Below, one piece after another: positions 17,044-26,157 of a stretch of DNA of 46,568 nt. Below the pieces are notes generated by a model. It was not told the DNA's origin and made no database searches. It saw nothing but the letters and a program-made list of their open reading frames with translations. The position numbers were made by a program, and so were the translations under genes. This DNA comes from a virus (lineage: Duplodnaviria; Caudoviricetes), in the IMG/VR virus record IMGVR_UViG_3300010362_000032, positions 1-46,568 of that record; one strand, given 5' to 3'. Positions within the stretch are counted from its first letter, which is position 1. Each line of letters begins with the position of its first letter.

Positions 17044-17069
17044 AGTGGGTAGAATGGGAGAAGTGTGCC

Positions 17070-17447
17070 ATGGACGATCTTGCCAACTTAGGCTTCAAGA
17101 ACGTCAGTTACTTGAATGGCCCAGGTGTATATGTGCTCTGCTATAAGCGCAGGGTCATGTATGTTGGCAAAACCATGAATGGATTTCAAAGGGTTGGGCT
17201 GCACGTTAATAATATTACATTCGATCAAGTATACTTCGTTAGACATGATCCAGATGGATTAGACACATTTGAGAAGCAAATGATCGCTCAACTGGAGCCA
17301 TCTCTAAATCTAAACATATACATGACTGGGACGGAAAGCAGAGCATTTGGATCGATATTCCATGATAATTGGGCTGAAGAGTATACGGAAACAGAAAAAG
17401 ACTTGAGAGAAGCACTTGGCATATCAAAGTTTCCTAGGAGATTTTAA
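17070..17447 (+). CDS. GIY-YIG nuclease-domain protein
   Basis: PGVYVL..VMYVGKT..RV..H..E..MI..LEPSLN. Confidence 0.8.
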   Translation: MDDLANLGFKNVSYLNGPGVYVLCYKRRVMYVGKTMNGFQRVGLHVNNITFDQVYFVRHDPDGLDTFEKQMIAQLEPSLNLNIYMTGTESRAFGSIFHDNWAEEYTETEKDLREALGISKFPRRF

Positions 17448-17755
17448 TGGCTGAAACCCTCAATGAGATTATTCAGTCATTGGCTAAACAAGCCTCTGAC
17501 CAGATCGAGCGTGCTTATGCCATCTTAGGAGCCCGCCCAGGCCCAGGTACCGACCTCCTAATCTATCCAGTAACGCCAATCTGCGGTAGATGGATGGTTG
17601 GTGGCCTTACAGACGCAGGTAGAGCATTCGTCGATAAGTTCTGGCAAGCCCAACCAATTCCATCTAACACCGAGATGGCTCGCCTTAAACGTGAAGCTGA
17701 TGATTGGCAACTCAAATACCGTATCGACTATCCAGTGGAACCATTGGAGGGATAA
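17447..17755 (+). CDS. Hypothetical protein
   Basis: 102 aa, coupled. Confidence 0.7.
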   Translation: MAETLNEIIQSLAKQASDQIERAYAILGARPGPGTDLLIYPVTPICGRWMVGGLTDAGRAFVDKFWQAQPIPSNTEMARLKREADDWQLKYRIDYPVEPLEG

Positions 17756-18079
17756 ATGGACAAACTAATCGACAAAGAGTTCCTAGCTAAAATAGACGCT
17801 CAACTCTCTGCACCGCTCCCAACTCACAACCAAGAAGACCTCGGCGATAGTTTTACCCTGTTGGTCGACAAGCTAGTCGAGATGAGAATGGAAACAGCCA
17901 AGCAACTGTTAACCATGGCAGAGAACAATCTTCACAAGGTCGAGCAAGAATGTAACCAGCTTAAGCTCGACGCTAAACGCAAATGGGAGGAATACCAGCG
18001 AATGCTTGGAATGCTGCAAGAAGCTGGATCAGCTACAGCTGATATCGGTAGAAAGATCAGCAATGGGTTTAGCAAATGA
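17756..18079 (+). CDS. Coiled-coil hypothetical protein
   Basis: 107 aa, GGAGG SD. Confidence 0.7.
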   Translation: MDKLIDKEFLAKIDAQLSAPLPTHNQEDLGDSFTLLVDKLVEMRMETAKQLLTMAENNLHKVEQECNQLKLDAKRKWEEYQRMLGMLQEAGSATADIGRKISNGFSK

Positions 18080-18294
18080 CACACGAGTCCACGTTCGAAT
18101 ACCTCAAGCCAGCCGAAGGACAGATCGTGCACATGGCCATCGTTAGGGAGGCATTCGCTGATATGGCCAAGATCATTGATAAACATGTCCCTGATGGTCC
18201 AGACAAAACCCACACTATCCGATTGCTACGCACCGCTGGTATGTGGGCCAACGTTGCGATAACCCGTCAACCAGACGGTTCCCCACGAGAATAG
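18076..18294 (+). CDS. Acb2/Tad1-like helical-hairpin protein (candidate signalling-nucleotide sponge)
   Basis: FEYLKP..Q..M..VREAF..A..I..VPDGPDK....L...MWANVAITR matches the family pattern as I recall it. Confidence 0.6.
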   Translation: MTHESTFEYLKPAEGQIVHMAIVREAFADMAKIIDKHVPDGPDKTHTIRLLRTAGMWANVAITRQPDGSPRE

Positions 18295-18302
18295 GTGTCA
18301 AA

Positions 18303-18605
18303 ATGAAAGAGGTAGTCTACTACAACTGCAAATCGAACGGCTCCGGTTATCACCTGACCAAGTTCGATGAAGACCTTAACCCAATCTCTGAACAATACGA
18401 TACATCGCTTGCTGAGTGTACGTGTAAAGCCGGTGTTAGACCAACCTGTAGGCATCGACAGATGCTTCCCTTGTTCCAGCATCTTGGTCGAGTTAACACC
18501 GGCTGGTTCTTCGAGTTTGATAGCCAGCGATGGTATTATTTAGACCAGATGTCTGGGGGTCTGGTTGCCGAGAAACGCGTTAAGGGCTGGTGGAGGCGAG
18601 CATGA
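18303..18605 (+). CDS. SWIM-type zinc finger protein
   Basis: ECTCKAG..TCRH (CxC..CxH). Confidence 0.7.
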   Translation: MKEVVYYNCKSNGSGYHLTKFDEDLNPISEQYDTSLAECTCKAGVRPTCRHRQMLPLFQHLGRVNTGWFFEFDSQRWYYLDQMSGGLVAEKRVKGWWRRA

Positions 18606-18844
18606 CCAGAAATGAGCTTCGAAGCGAACTCTACTATCTCGTCAAGGACTGGCATAAGGTCGACAAGATATTCATGCTGTTCGGCAAACTGGCTCCTGAA
18701 CCCCCTCCGAAGAAAGAGGTTCCACAGTATGACCTCAAGCTCGTCCGTAGAGTTGGAACTTTGCTCCAAAGGGAAAAGTTCAGCCCAGAACTCCATGAAG
18801 CAGCCAGAGCCCTGCTCGCCAACCTTGAACTGGACCTTGAGTGA
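18602..18844 (+). CDS. Hypothetical protein
   Basis: Coupled ORF MTRNEL.. Confidence 0.65.
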   Translation: MTRNELRSELYYLVKDWHKVDKIFMLFGKLAPEPPPKKEVPQYDLKLVRRVGTLLQREKFSPELHEAARALLANLELDLE

Positions 18845-19119
18845 TGACCCAATACCTAATCCTGCACAAAGTCAGAGGCGAGCCTAGCTTCGACTGTGCC
18901 GTCGAGATCGAACCCGATATGTGGATAACCAACTCGGGTTATCGGGCTTATCCCTACAAGAAATGGTCGTTGGACGATCTATTTACCAACGACCGTTTCG
19001 ATGTTGTTGTGCCCGATGATTGGCCCGACCACTTCGAGGTTCGAAAAGAACCTAAGATGGAAATCAATCTTGGAGATATCCTATCCGGTTTAATTGGCAA
19101 ATTCCCACGGAGAGCGTAA
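18844..19119 (+). CDS. Hypothetical protein
   Basis: YLILHKVRGEPSFD..WI...GYRAYPY..WPDHF; coupled. Confidence 0.7.
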   Translation: MTQYLILHKVRGEPSFDCAVEIEPDMWITNSGYRAYPYKKWSLDDLFTNDRFDVVVPDDWPDHFEVRKEPKMEINLGDILSGLIGKFPRRA

Positions 19120-19319
19120 TGTCTGTCCCAACCGAAGGCGAAACCTATGCAAAGCTCTTGGAGTATCTAATCAAATGCGAAGAACAATCCGCAATAATGG
19201 CCCATCTAAACAACGCAAACGATCAACGGAACCGAGCGATCCAATGGCTGGGGATCAGCGAGATGTTCAAGAAGATGCAGATCAAAGTAACCCACCTAGC
19301 CACAGGAAGACTGAGCTAG
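19119..19319 (+). CDS. Hypothetical helical protein
   Basis: 66 aa, coupled. Confidence 0.7.
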   Translation: MSVPTEGETYAKLLEYLIKCEEQSAIMAHLNNANDQRNRAIQWLGISEMFKKMQIKVTHLATGRLS

Positions 19320-19461
19320 ACCGGCTGTGTGATCTTATCATGATGGTTCAAGCTCGCATAGATTGGGCAGAGCAGTACAACATCGCTAAGGTTCGCTTTG
19401 AACAGATCGCGTTAGAAGACGCTAGATGGATACTGACCCTCTTGAAGCGGGAGCAACACAA

Positions 19462-19851
19462 ATGGCGATAAAGCTTAAGCGTGATACGTTTTTGTACCTT
19501 AGCCCAACCACCTACCACTTCGCCCAATGCTACACCTGTAGAGACTGGATAGAAGACGATGATAGATGTCATATTCACGGCCCGAACGTTAACGTACTTG
19601 AAACGATGTCATGTGGACTTTACGTACAGGGAGCCTCCATGCCAGCAGGCTCCGCAGCCTTCGATATTGTTACGCCTACCGAGTCTGGTCTGGTCGACCG
19701 TGAAGTCCGTTGTGAGAACTGCAAATGGCTAGATGGCACCGATTGTACATTCTTTGCTATGCTTAATCGAGAACTTCCAGATGTCTTTGATCTAGAAGTC
19801 GAGGTAGAACCTAAAGGATGCTGTAATGCCCAACAATCTAAAACCGACTGA
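19462..19851 (+). CDS. Cys-rich protein with two CxxC..C..C units
   Basis: QCYTC..RC..SCG and RCENC..DC..GCC; start MAIKL with GGGAG SD. Confidence 0.7.
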   Translation: MAIKLKRDTFLYLSPTTYHFAQCYTCRDWIEDDDRCHIHGPNVNVLETMSCGLYVQGASMPAGSAAFDIVTPTESGLVDREVRCENCKWLDGTDCTFFAMLNRELPDVFDLEVEVEPKGCCNAQQSKTD

Positions 19852-21325
19852 CGAACAACAAGCAATCCTAGATGCCCTTCGCAACACAGGAGACAACATA
19901 GCAATCGAAGCTTCTCCAGGCTCAGGCAAGTCCGAAACCCTACTTATGGCTCAAGCAGAGGTTAAAGAGCCATGTCTTTATGTTGCCTTTGCCAAAGCAG
20001 ATGCTCAAGGCTTTGGCATGGAGAAGGACGAGTTTGGTATCCCAACCAAGAAGCCAAAACCAATTCTCAAATCCACAACCAAAGCTCAAACTCTCAACTC
20101 TCTTGGTCATGGGGTTTGGGGTACAGTGGTAAGCAAACTTGTGTTCATGGATGGCCGTACTAACGACAAGAACAAGCTCTTCCAAATTCTCTCTAATATG
20201 TTTAACGAACTTAAGGGAAAGGACCGCAAGGATGCCTGGGACCAATACTCGGAAATCCGTGAAGCAGTCTCGATGGCCCGCCATCTCGGATACATCCCAA
20301 CTGGAGCTAGAGCTTTTGCGCCATATGCCAAGTCCATCTGTAATCGCGAACAACTCGAAGTTCGCCTCGAAAACAAGCCAACACAGTTCGCGTGGTCGCT
20401 CATCGATAATGCCCTCATCACTTCAATCAAAGCTGCTTACACTGGGGTCATTGATTACGACGATCAAATATACATGTCCGGCTTGTTCGGAGGTACATTT
20501 CCTAGATTTCCCTATGTTCTGGTCGACGAACGCCAAGACCTCGACCCCGTTAACCATGCGATGCTCGACAAACTCTGCCGTAACAGTCGGTTGGTTGGGG
20601 TGGGCGACAAGTGGCAATCGATTTACTATTTCCGGGGGGCTGAAACCAATGGCTCGGAGAAGATGAACAAGAAGTTTTCTATGGTTGAGTATCCTCTAAG
20701 CGTTAGCTTTCGGTGCCCCAAAGCCATAGTCGAAGCTGCACGCTGGCGTAACCCAACCTTCAAGTGGGTCAAAGATGGTGGGCGTTATGAAACCTTGTCA
20801 ACTTTTGCTGCATCCGACATCCCCGAGGGAGCGGCTGTGGTATGTCGAAATAATGCTCCATTGCTTCGAGCAGCCTTTAGCCTGTTGTCAGGGAAAAGGT
20901 CGGTGCAAGTTGTTGGAAGTGACATCAGCGCTAAGATCGTCAAGCTTCTTGAGAAAATTGGCGATCCTAGGGACAGCAAAGACACCCTCCTACTCAAAAT
21001 CGATGCATGGCGAGACGAGAAGCTCAAAACATCGAACAACCCAGCAACAACCCACGACACAGCCGAGTGTCTCAAAGTCTTCGCCTCGTGGGGCAACGAT
21101 GTTAGCCAAGCAGTTGCCTACGCAAAGCACATATTCAGGCAGCAGGGCGCTATCACGCTCACAACGGGCCACAAAGCCAAAGGCAAAGAGTGGGAGATAG
21201 TATACCATCTAGATCGCCAGCTTCTCGGCCAAGACGATCAAGACCTTAATCTGCGTTACGTCATCCAAACCCGCTCAAAGGATGCCATGTATGAGATCAC
21301 TACCGGAGAAACAGTATGGCAATAA
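19826..21325 (+). CDS. Superfamily 1 (UvrD/Rep-like) helicase
   Basis: ASPGSGKS, VDERQD, VGDKWQSIY.FRGA, SFRCP, TGHKAKGKEW, YVIQTR. Confidence 0.92.
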   Translation: MPNNLKPTDEQQAILDALRNTGDNIAIEASPGSGKSETLLMAQAEVKEPCLYVAFAKADAQGFGMEKDEFGIPTKKPKPILKSTTKAQTLNSLGHGVWGTVVSKLVFMDGRTNDKNKLFQILSNMFNELKGKDRKDAWDQYSEIREAVSMARHLGYIPTGARAFAPYAKSICNREQLEVRLENKPTQFAWSLIDNALITSIKAAYTGVIDYDDQIYMSGLFGGTFPRFPYVLVDERQDLDPVNHAMLDKLCRNSRLVGVGDKWQSIYYFRGAETNGSEKMNKKFSMVEYPLSVSFRCPKAIVEAARWRNPTFKWVKDGGRYETLSTFAASDIPEGAAVVCRNNAPLLRAAFSLLSGKRSVQVVGSDISAKIVKLLEKIGDPRDSKDTLLLKIDAWRDEKLKTSNNPATTHDTAECLKVFASWGNDVSQAVAYAKHIFRQQGAITLTTGHKAKGKEWEIVYHLDRQLLGQDDQDLNLRYVIQTRSKDAMYEITTGETVWQ

Positions 21326-21762
21326 ACCTATCTCGCCTAGCCTATGGGGACTGCTACGACCTCTTAGAGAAGGCGATCAGTAGCGATTATCCGACTGGCC
21401 TACGCGTTAAGTTCGCCAATCGTAACGAAGCTATCCATTTCCGGCAACGGTTACACAATGCTCGTTATGTCGATCGGCTTGATAACACGAAGGTTTATCC
21501 AGACACTCATCCTATGTATGGGCGATCGGTATATGATATTGTTAACATTCGCGTTCGTGATCTGGTTGATGGCTGGTGGCTTCGTCTTGAACGCGTTGAT
21601 GCTAGGCAGTTTACAATAGTGGCCCTGGAAGACGATATCGAAGTTAACGCTTTGGTCATCGAAACGCCAAAGCCAACAGAGGCTTCTGTTGTAACCAATG
21701 GTGGTAACCCAGTCACTGTCCCTGTTGAACCCATTCGCGTTAAATTCAAACGGAGGTTCTAA
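21316..21762 (+). CDS. Hypothetical protein
   Basis: 148 aa, GGAG SD. Confidence 0.75.
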   Translation: MAINLSRLAYGDCYDLLEKAISSDYPTGLRVKFANRNEAIHFRQRLHNARYVDRLDNTKVYPDTHPMYGRSVYDIVNIRVRDLVDGWWLRLERVDARQFTIVALEDDIEVNALVIETPKPTEASVVTNGGNPVTVPVEPIRVKFKRRF

Positions 21763-21968
21763 TGCCCAAGTGGAAACTCTATCGTAAGACCGCTATCACC
21801 AGAATTCGTCCATATGAACCCGGCGAAGACCTTAACGAGGTCAGTATAGATAAAGGCTACGATCCTCATCCAGGCGATATGATAGCCACCGATGGTAGAA
21901 CCACATGGCTCATGAACGAGGACTTCTTCAATGCTAACTATGTGGAGGTTGAAGATGGGAACGACTGA
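21762..21968 (+). CDS. Small PGDYG-like protein, possible anti-defence
   Basis: LYRK..PGDMIA..W....FF..NY pattern. Confidence 0.55.
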   Translation: MPKWKLYRKTAITRIRPYEPGEDLNEVSIDKGYDPHPGDMIATDGRTTWLMNEDFFNANYVEVEDGND

Positions 21969-22110
21969 CCCTGTAGTCGCGATTGTCGAACGCATGATGG
22001 AGCAACTTCAAAAAGATAACCCCGGAGTTGACTTCAAGCGCAAAGTCAAACCTAAGATCGAGAAGCCCAAGCCTACCAAGCTTAAGAAACCCAAGCTCGG
22101 CTTACACTAA
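21955..22110 (+). CDS. 51-aa Lys/Pro-rich protein, not in ORF track
   Basis: MGTTDPVVAIVERMM..KPKIEKPKPTKLKKPKLGLH; GGAGG SD; TAATG-coupled. Confidence 0.6.
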   Translation: MGTTDPVVAIVERMMEQLQKDNPGVDFKRKVKPKIEKPKPTKLKKPKLGLH

Positions 22111-22349
22111 TGCAGCTTATCGACCTATGGATAGCCGCCGCTAACGCTAAGCTTGGCATATCTATAACCACTGATGATCGAATGCTGCTACGCCAGCACT
22201 TATATCGTGCTCGGATGGAGGCCACTAATCGAGCAGACCTAGACGATATAGTGATGGTTCTCCCTGAACAAGCAGATCAAATATGGTTGGTGCACCGTGA
22301 GGGTAGTCTCGGAACCAATAACCAAAGTAACTTTGAACCTCTTTTCTAA
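22110..22349 (+). CDS. Hypothetical protein
   Basis: 79 aa, coupled. Confidence 0.7.
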   Translation: MQLIDLWIAAANAKLGISITTDDRMLLRQHLYRARMEATNRADLDDIVMVLPEQADQIWLVHREGSLGTNNQSNFEPLF

Positions 22350-22500
22350 AGACGTAGAGTGGTTCAAGCAGAACTTTCCTATGGGCTACACAGAGGCCAT
22401 CCGTGACGCCTTGCGCAAACACATCCGACAAACAGAGCTAATGGAAGATGAACTTAGATATGGGTCTTCAAATTTCACATTTCGTGGAGAAAATGAATGA
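22297..22500 (+). CDS. Probable ribbon-helix-helix DNA-binding protein
   Basis: KVTLNLFSKDVEWFK...GYTEAIRDALRKHI. Confidence 0.6.
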   Translation: MRVVSEPITKVTLNLFSKDVEWFKQNFPMGYTEAIRDALRKHIRQTELMEDELRYGSSNFTFRGENE

Positions 22501-22718
22501 GCAAAGAACTCGATGAAGCTATGGATGCGATCCCAAACATTTCGGAAGAACAAATCGAACTGTTGATACAGTTCCAGCTTGAAGAACTTGCTGCATACTC
22601 TGGCAAGAAAGCCCGTGCCAAGAAAGACCAGTCAGAAGAAGAAGTTGAAGCCGCACTATCAGCAATCACACAGTCAGCACCAGCTAAACCAGCAGGCAAG
22701 TTTGTTAGGAGGTTCTGA
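22497..22718 (+). CDS. Hypothetical protein
   Basis: 73 aa, coupled at both ends. Confidence 0.7.
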   Translation: MSKELDEAMDAIPNISEEQIELLIQFQLEELAAYSGKKARAKKDQSEEEVEAALSAITQSAPAKPAGKFVRRF

Positions 22719-23650
22719 TGCAGGAGCTAATAGAAGTTGATGACTTCCCAATGCCTAGTCCGTTCATCAACGGCGTTCAATATGCATGGGACTCGACCGC
22801 GTTAGAATACCTCAAACGCTGCAAGTACCTGCACAAGTTCAAGAAGGATGGCTGGGAACCTAAAGAAGAAGCCATCGCCTTACGCTTCGGGCGTGAATAC
22901 CATAAGTGTCTACAAGACTATGAAATCCTGAAGGCATTGGGCCGTAAGCATAAGGACTGTGTGTTCGATGTTGTCCGTAATCTCCTGTTTAGGCTAGTCG
23001 ACTGGAACCCTGATGATAAGAAACGCAACCGAGATACTCTAGTCCGCACAGTTGTCTGGTATCTTGAGAAGTTCAAAGACGATAACGCCAAGACCTTAAT
23101 CCTGACTAACGGTGACCCAGCAGTAGAGATAACCTTCAGCTTCGAGTTAGACTTCGGGCCTAAGAACTCAACCCAACCCTACGTTCTCTGCGGTAAGCTC
23201 GACCGCGTAGTAGATTTCAATGAGGACCTTTTTGTTATGGACCGCAAGACTACCACATGGGGGCTTGGTGCTACCTACCAGAGAATGTGGACACCACATA
23301 ATCAAATGTCCCTCTATACATTGGCAGGTAAGCGTGTGTTTATGACAGAAATTAAGGGCGTTATAATTGACGCCGCCCAACTGCTGATCGGCAGTACCAA
23401 CTACGATCGCTTCTTCATCTATCGCACCCAAGAACAACTCGATGAATGGCTACACGATCTTGAAGCCCACTTGCGTTGGTATGAGCATTGCCTTGAGTTT
23501 GATCGCTGGCCTCAAGACGATACCAGTTGTGATAAGTATGGTGGCTGTACCTATCGAGAAGTTTGTAGCAAACCAAAATCAGTTCGTCAACGCTTCCTCC
23601 GCTCTAGCTTTGAACAGGTAGAACCATGGAACCCGCTTGCACCAAGATGA
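22718..23650 (+). CDS. PD-(D/E)XK exonuclease, RecB/Cas4-like with probable Fe-S cysteines
   Basis: N-terminal C, G..YH, GKLDRVV..VMDRKTT, Q..LY, C-terminal C..C..C. Confidence 0.88.
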   Translation: MQELIEVDDFPMPSPFINGVQYAWDSTALEYLKRCKYLHKFKKDGWEPKEEAIALRFGREYHKCLQDYEILKALGRKHKDCVFDVVRNLLFRLVDWNPDDKKRNRDTLVRTVVWYLEKFKDDNAKTLILTNGDPAVEITFSFELDFGPKNSTQPYVLCGKLDRVVDFNEDLFVMDRKTTTWGLGATYQRMWTPHNQMSLYTLAGKRVFMTEIKGVIIDAAQLLIGSTNYDRFFIYRTQEQLDEWLHDLEAHLRWYEHCLEFDRWPQDDTSCDKYGGCTYREVCSKPKSVRQRFLRSSFEQVEPWNPLAPR

Positions 23651-23778
23651 GTGACGAAGACCTGATCCATGAAATCAGGAAAGCATGCTACATACACTTT
23701 GGTAAGAATAACATCCTCATGATCGAAGAGCTACTTAGGAGATACAAAAATGCCCTTGCTAAGTCAGCATCAGTCTAA
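23647..23778 (+). CDS. 43-aa hypothetical protein
   Basis: ATGA-coupled ORF MSDEDLIHEIRK.. filling the gap. Confidence 0.45.
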   Translation: MSDEDLIHEIRKACYIHFGKNNILMIEELLRRYKNALAKSASV

Positions 23779-24583
23779 CGAGTTCACAAAGATGATAGTG
23801 CTGGGTGACCCAGGCACAGGCAAGACAGGAGGCTTAGCATCTCTGGTTAAGGCTGGCTATAAGTTGGCCATTCTAGATTACGATAACGGCCTAGACATTC
23901 TCCGCTTGTTCATCGAACACGAGTGCCCCGATAAGATCGATAACGTGATCTTCAAGTCCCTTCGCGATAAGTATAAGATGATCAATACCCAGCTTATCGT
24001 TGATGGCCCACCGAAAGCATTCACCGACGGTCTCAAACTTCTAGACGAATGGCCTGACTATGGTAAACCCTCAGAGTGGGGACCGGAGTGGGTACTCGTG
24101 GTCGACTCATTAACTCATTGTGGCAGGGCATCATTCGATTGGGCTAAGGTAGCAATGCCTAAGAACCCCGATCCTAGAGCAGCTTACTTCTTTGCTCAGA
24201 CCGGCATTGAAGCTATGCTTGCTGACCTAACCAGCGAATACTTCCGTACCAATGTCATCGTTATAACTCACGTTAACTATGTTGATACGGAAGATGGCAA
24301 GCGGAAGGGCTATCCGAACGCTATCGGTTCAGCCCTCTCGCCCAAGATTGGGTCATGGTTTAACTCCATGGCTTTGTGCACCATGAAAGGAAAGGAACGC
24401 GTTATCCAGACAGCACCCACAGGACAGATCGACCTTAAGAACCCAGCACCGTTTGCTATGCTGCCTGAGTATCCAATCTCAACTGGCTTAGCAGAATTCT
24501 TCAAGGTTCTTAAGAAACCAGAGACAAACAAACCAACGCCTACCAAACCCACAGCAATGAGACCCACAATTGTACGGAGGTAA
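23750..24583 (+). CDS. AAA_24/Sak4-like ATPase (recombination)
   Basis: GDPGTGKT, ILDYDNG, VVDSLT, VIVITH; lies between exonuclease and SSB. Confidence 0.85.
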   Translation: MPLLSQHQSNEFTKMIVLGDPGTGKTGGLASLVKAGYKLAILDYDNGLDILRLFIEHECPDKIDNVIFKSLRDKYKMINTQLIVDGPPKAFTDGLKLLDEWPDYGKPSEWGPEWVLVVDSLTHCGRASFDWAKVAMPKNPDPRAAYFFAQTGIEAMLADLTSEYFRTNVIVITHVNYVDTEDGKRKGYPNAIGSALSPKIGSWFNSMALCTMKGKERVIQTAPTGQIDLKNPAPFAMLPEYPISTGLAEFFKVLKKPETNKPTPTKPTAMRPTIVRR

Positions 24584-24589
24584 TAGAAG

Positions 24590-25063
24590 ATGGCTATCAA
24601 ACCGAAGACTGCTCCGAACTTTTCTGCCATTGGTGACATGCCGATGGATGACATCCCGCCACCCAAGCCAATGCCTGCTGGTGATTACTTGGTTATGGCG
24701 GTAGGTCATGCTGAACCCGGTCAAGCCTCGACCGGCACTCCGTTTATCACTATCACCTTCCAATATCTGGAAGCCTTGGACAGCGTTAACTCAGAAGACC
24801 TCAAGGCTGCGTTAGAGAAGATCGACGGTACGGTATCGACCTTGAGTGACAAGACAATCCAGACCCGCTTGTACCTCACCGACGGTGCTGCCTATCGCAA
24901 CTCGCAGTTCCTCAAGAACCTCGGGATTGAAGGCTCGCTCTCGATCAACGAAGCGATCCAGGAAATACCTGGACATCAGTGCTACATTACGGTAACACAT
25001 CGAGCCAATCGTGCTGGCGATGGTGTGTTCGCTGAAGTTTCTGGAAACGCCAAGGTAGAATAG
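24590..25063 (+). CDS. Probable ssDNA-binding protein (DUF669-like)
   Basis: PKPMPAGDY..STGTPFITITF..FLKNLGI; synteny with Sak4-like gene. Confidence 0.7.
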   Translation: MAIKPKTAPNFSAIGDMPMDDIPPPKPMPAGDYLVMAVGHAEPGQASTGTPFITITFQYLEALDSVNSEDLKAALEKIDGTVSTLSDKTIQTRLYLTDGAAYRNSQFLKNLGIEGSLSINEAIQEIPGHQCYITVTHRANRAGDGVFAEVSGNAKVE

Positions 25064-25152
25064 CGAACACGCACTGGCTGTCACTACCTCCGGCCGGTGC
25101 GTTAGGGACCAGGGAAAGGCTTGACACACCTGCCCTGGTCCCGCCCTGCACA

Positions 25153-26157
25153 ATGACTGACATGATGTTCATAGGTGAAGCCTGGGGCGAGCAGGAGGCT
25201 CGACAACGGACTGCGTTTGTCGGACCAACAGGGCGATTGTTAACCAGCTTGATGATCGAAGCAGGCATTCGCAGAGCAGACTGCTTCTTAACCAACGTGT
25301 TCAACATTAAGCCATTTCAAAACAAGATAGAGAACCTTTGTGGTTCGAGAGAGGAAGGTATCCCTGGTCGACCAGCGTTACTCCCAGGTAAGTACGTTAA
25401 GAAAATGTATGCTGGGGAACTCAAACGATTGTATAGTGAACTCAAATTGCACAAACCCAACATCGTGGTCTGCTTAGGCAACACAGCTATGTGGGCCATG
25501 CTAGACAAAACCCGAGTAGGTAAAGGCCGTGGCGTTGTTCAGATGTCTCCCGGCGGTCACAAGTGTATCGCCACGTTCCATCCCGCAGCTATCTTCCGCC
25601 AGTGGGGCTTGCGCCCAGTCACTATCCTAGACTTAATGAAAGCTAAACGCGAGTCAGAGCATCCTGACATTCGCCGCCCTCAACGTCATATCTTTATAGA
25701 ACCTAGCTTGGAGGATATCTATGAGTTCGACAAAAGATACATACAACCCTGTGAAAGACTTAGCGTTGACATTGAAACTGCTGGACAAATTATTACGTGC
25801 ATCGGCTTTGCCCCATCTCCCGATGTTGCTATCGTTATTCCGTTCTATGACCCCCGAAAGCCAGGAAGAAATTATTGGAGCAACATCGAAAGCTATCGTC
25901 AAGCTTACAATATTGTCAAAGCTATTCTATCAAGACCAACTCCGAAAACCTTCCAGAACGGGCTCTACGACATCACATTCATTTACAGAGCCTGGGGAAT
26001 AAAGACCTATGGAGCAACAGACGACACAATGCTAGCTCACCACGCGTTACAACCAGAGCTACTCAAAGGCTTAGAGTTTCTTGGTAGTGTCTATACAGAC
26101 GAAGGCCCATGGAAACAGATGCGAAAGCACAAGACCACTATCAAGCGTGAAGACTAA
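25153..26157 (+). CDS. Family-4 uracil-DNA glycosylase fused to N-terminal part of PolA 3'-5' exonuclease
   Basis: IGEAWG..E...FVGPTG, LTNV, VCLGNTA, TFHPA; ExoI VDIET, ExoII QNGLYD, DTML. Confidence 0.9.
   Translation: MTDMMFIGEAWGEQEARQRTAFVGPTGRLLTSLMIEAGIRRADCFLTNVFNIKPFQNKIENLCGSREEGIPGRPALLPGKYVKKMYAGELKRLYSELKLHKPNIVVCLGNTAMWAMLDKTRVGKGRGVVQMSPGGHKCIATFHPAAIFRQWGLRPVTILDLMKAKRESEHPDIRRPQRHIFIEPSLEDIYEFDKRYIQPCERLSVDIETAGQIITCIGFAPSPDVAIVIPFYDPRKPGRNYWSNIESYRQAYNIVKAILSRPTPKTFQNGLYDITFIYRAWGIKTYGATDDTMLAHHALQPELLKGLEFLGSVYTDEGPWKQMRKHKTTIKRED

Noticed and set aside
22718-23650. CRISPR-Cas association of the Cas4-like nuclease
   Set aside because: No repeat-spacer array or other cas genes; context is a standard exonuclease-Sak4-SSB recombination module
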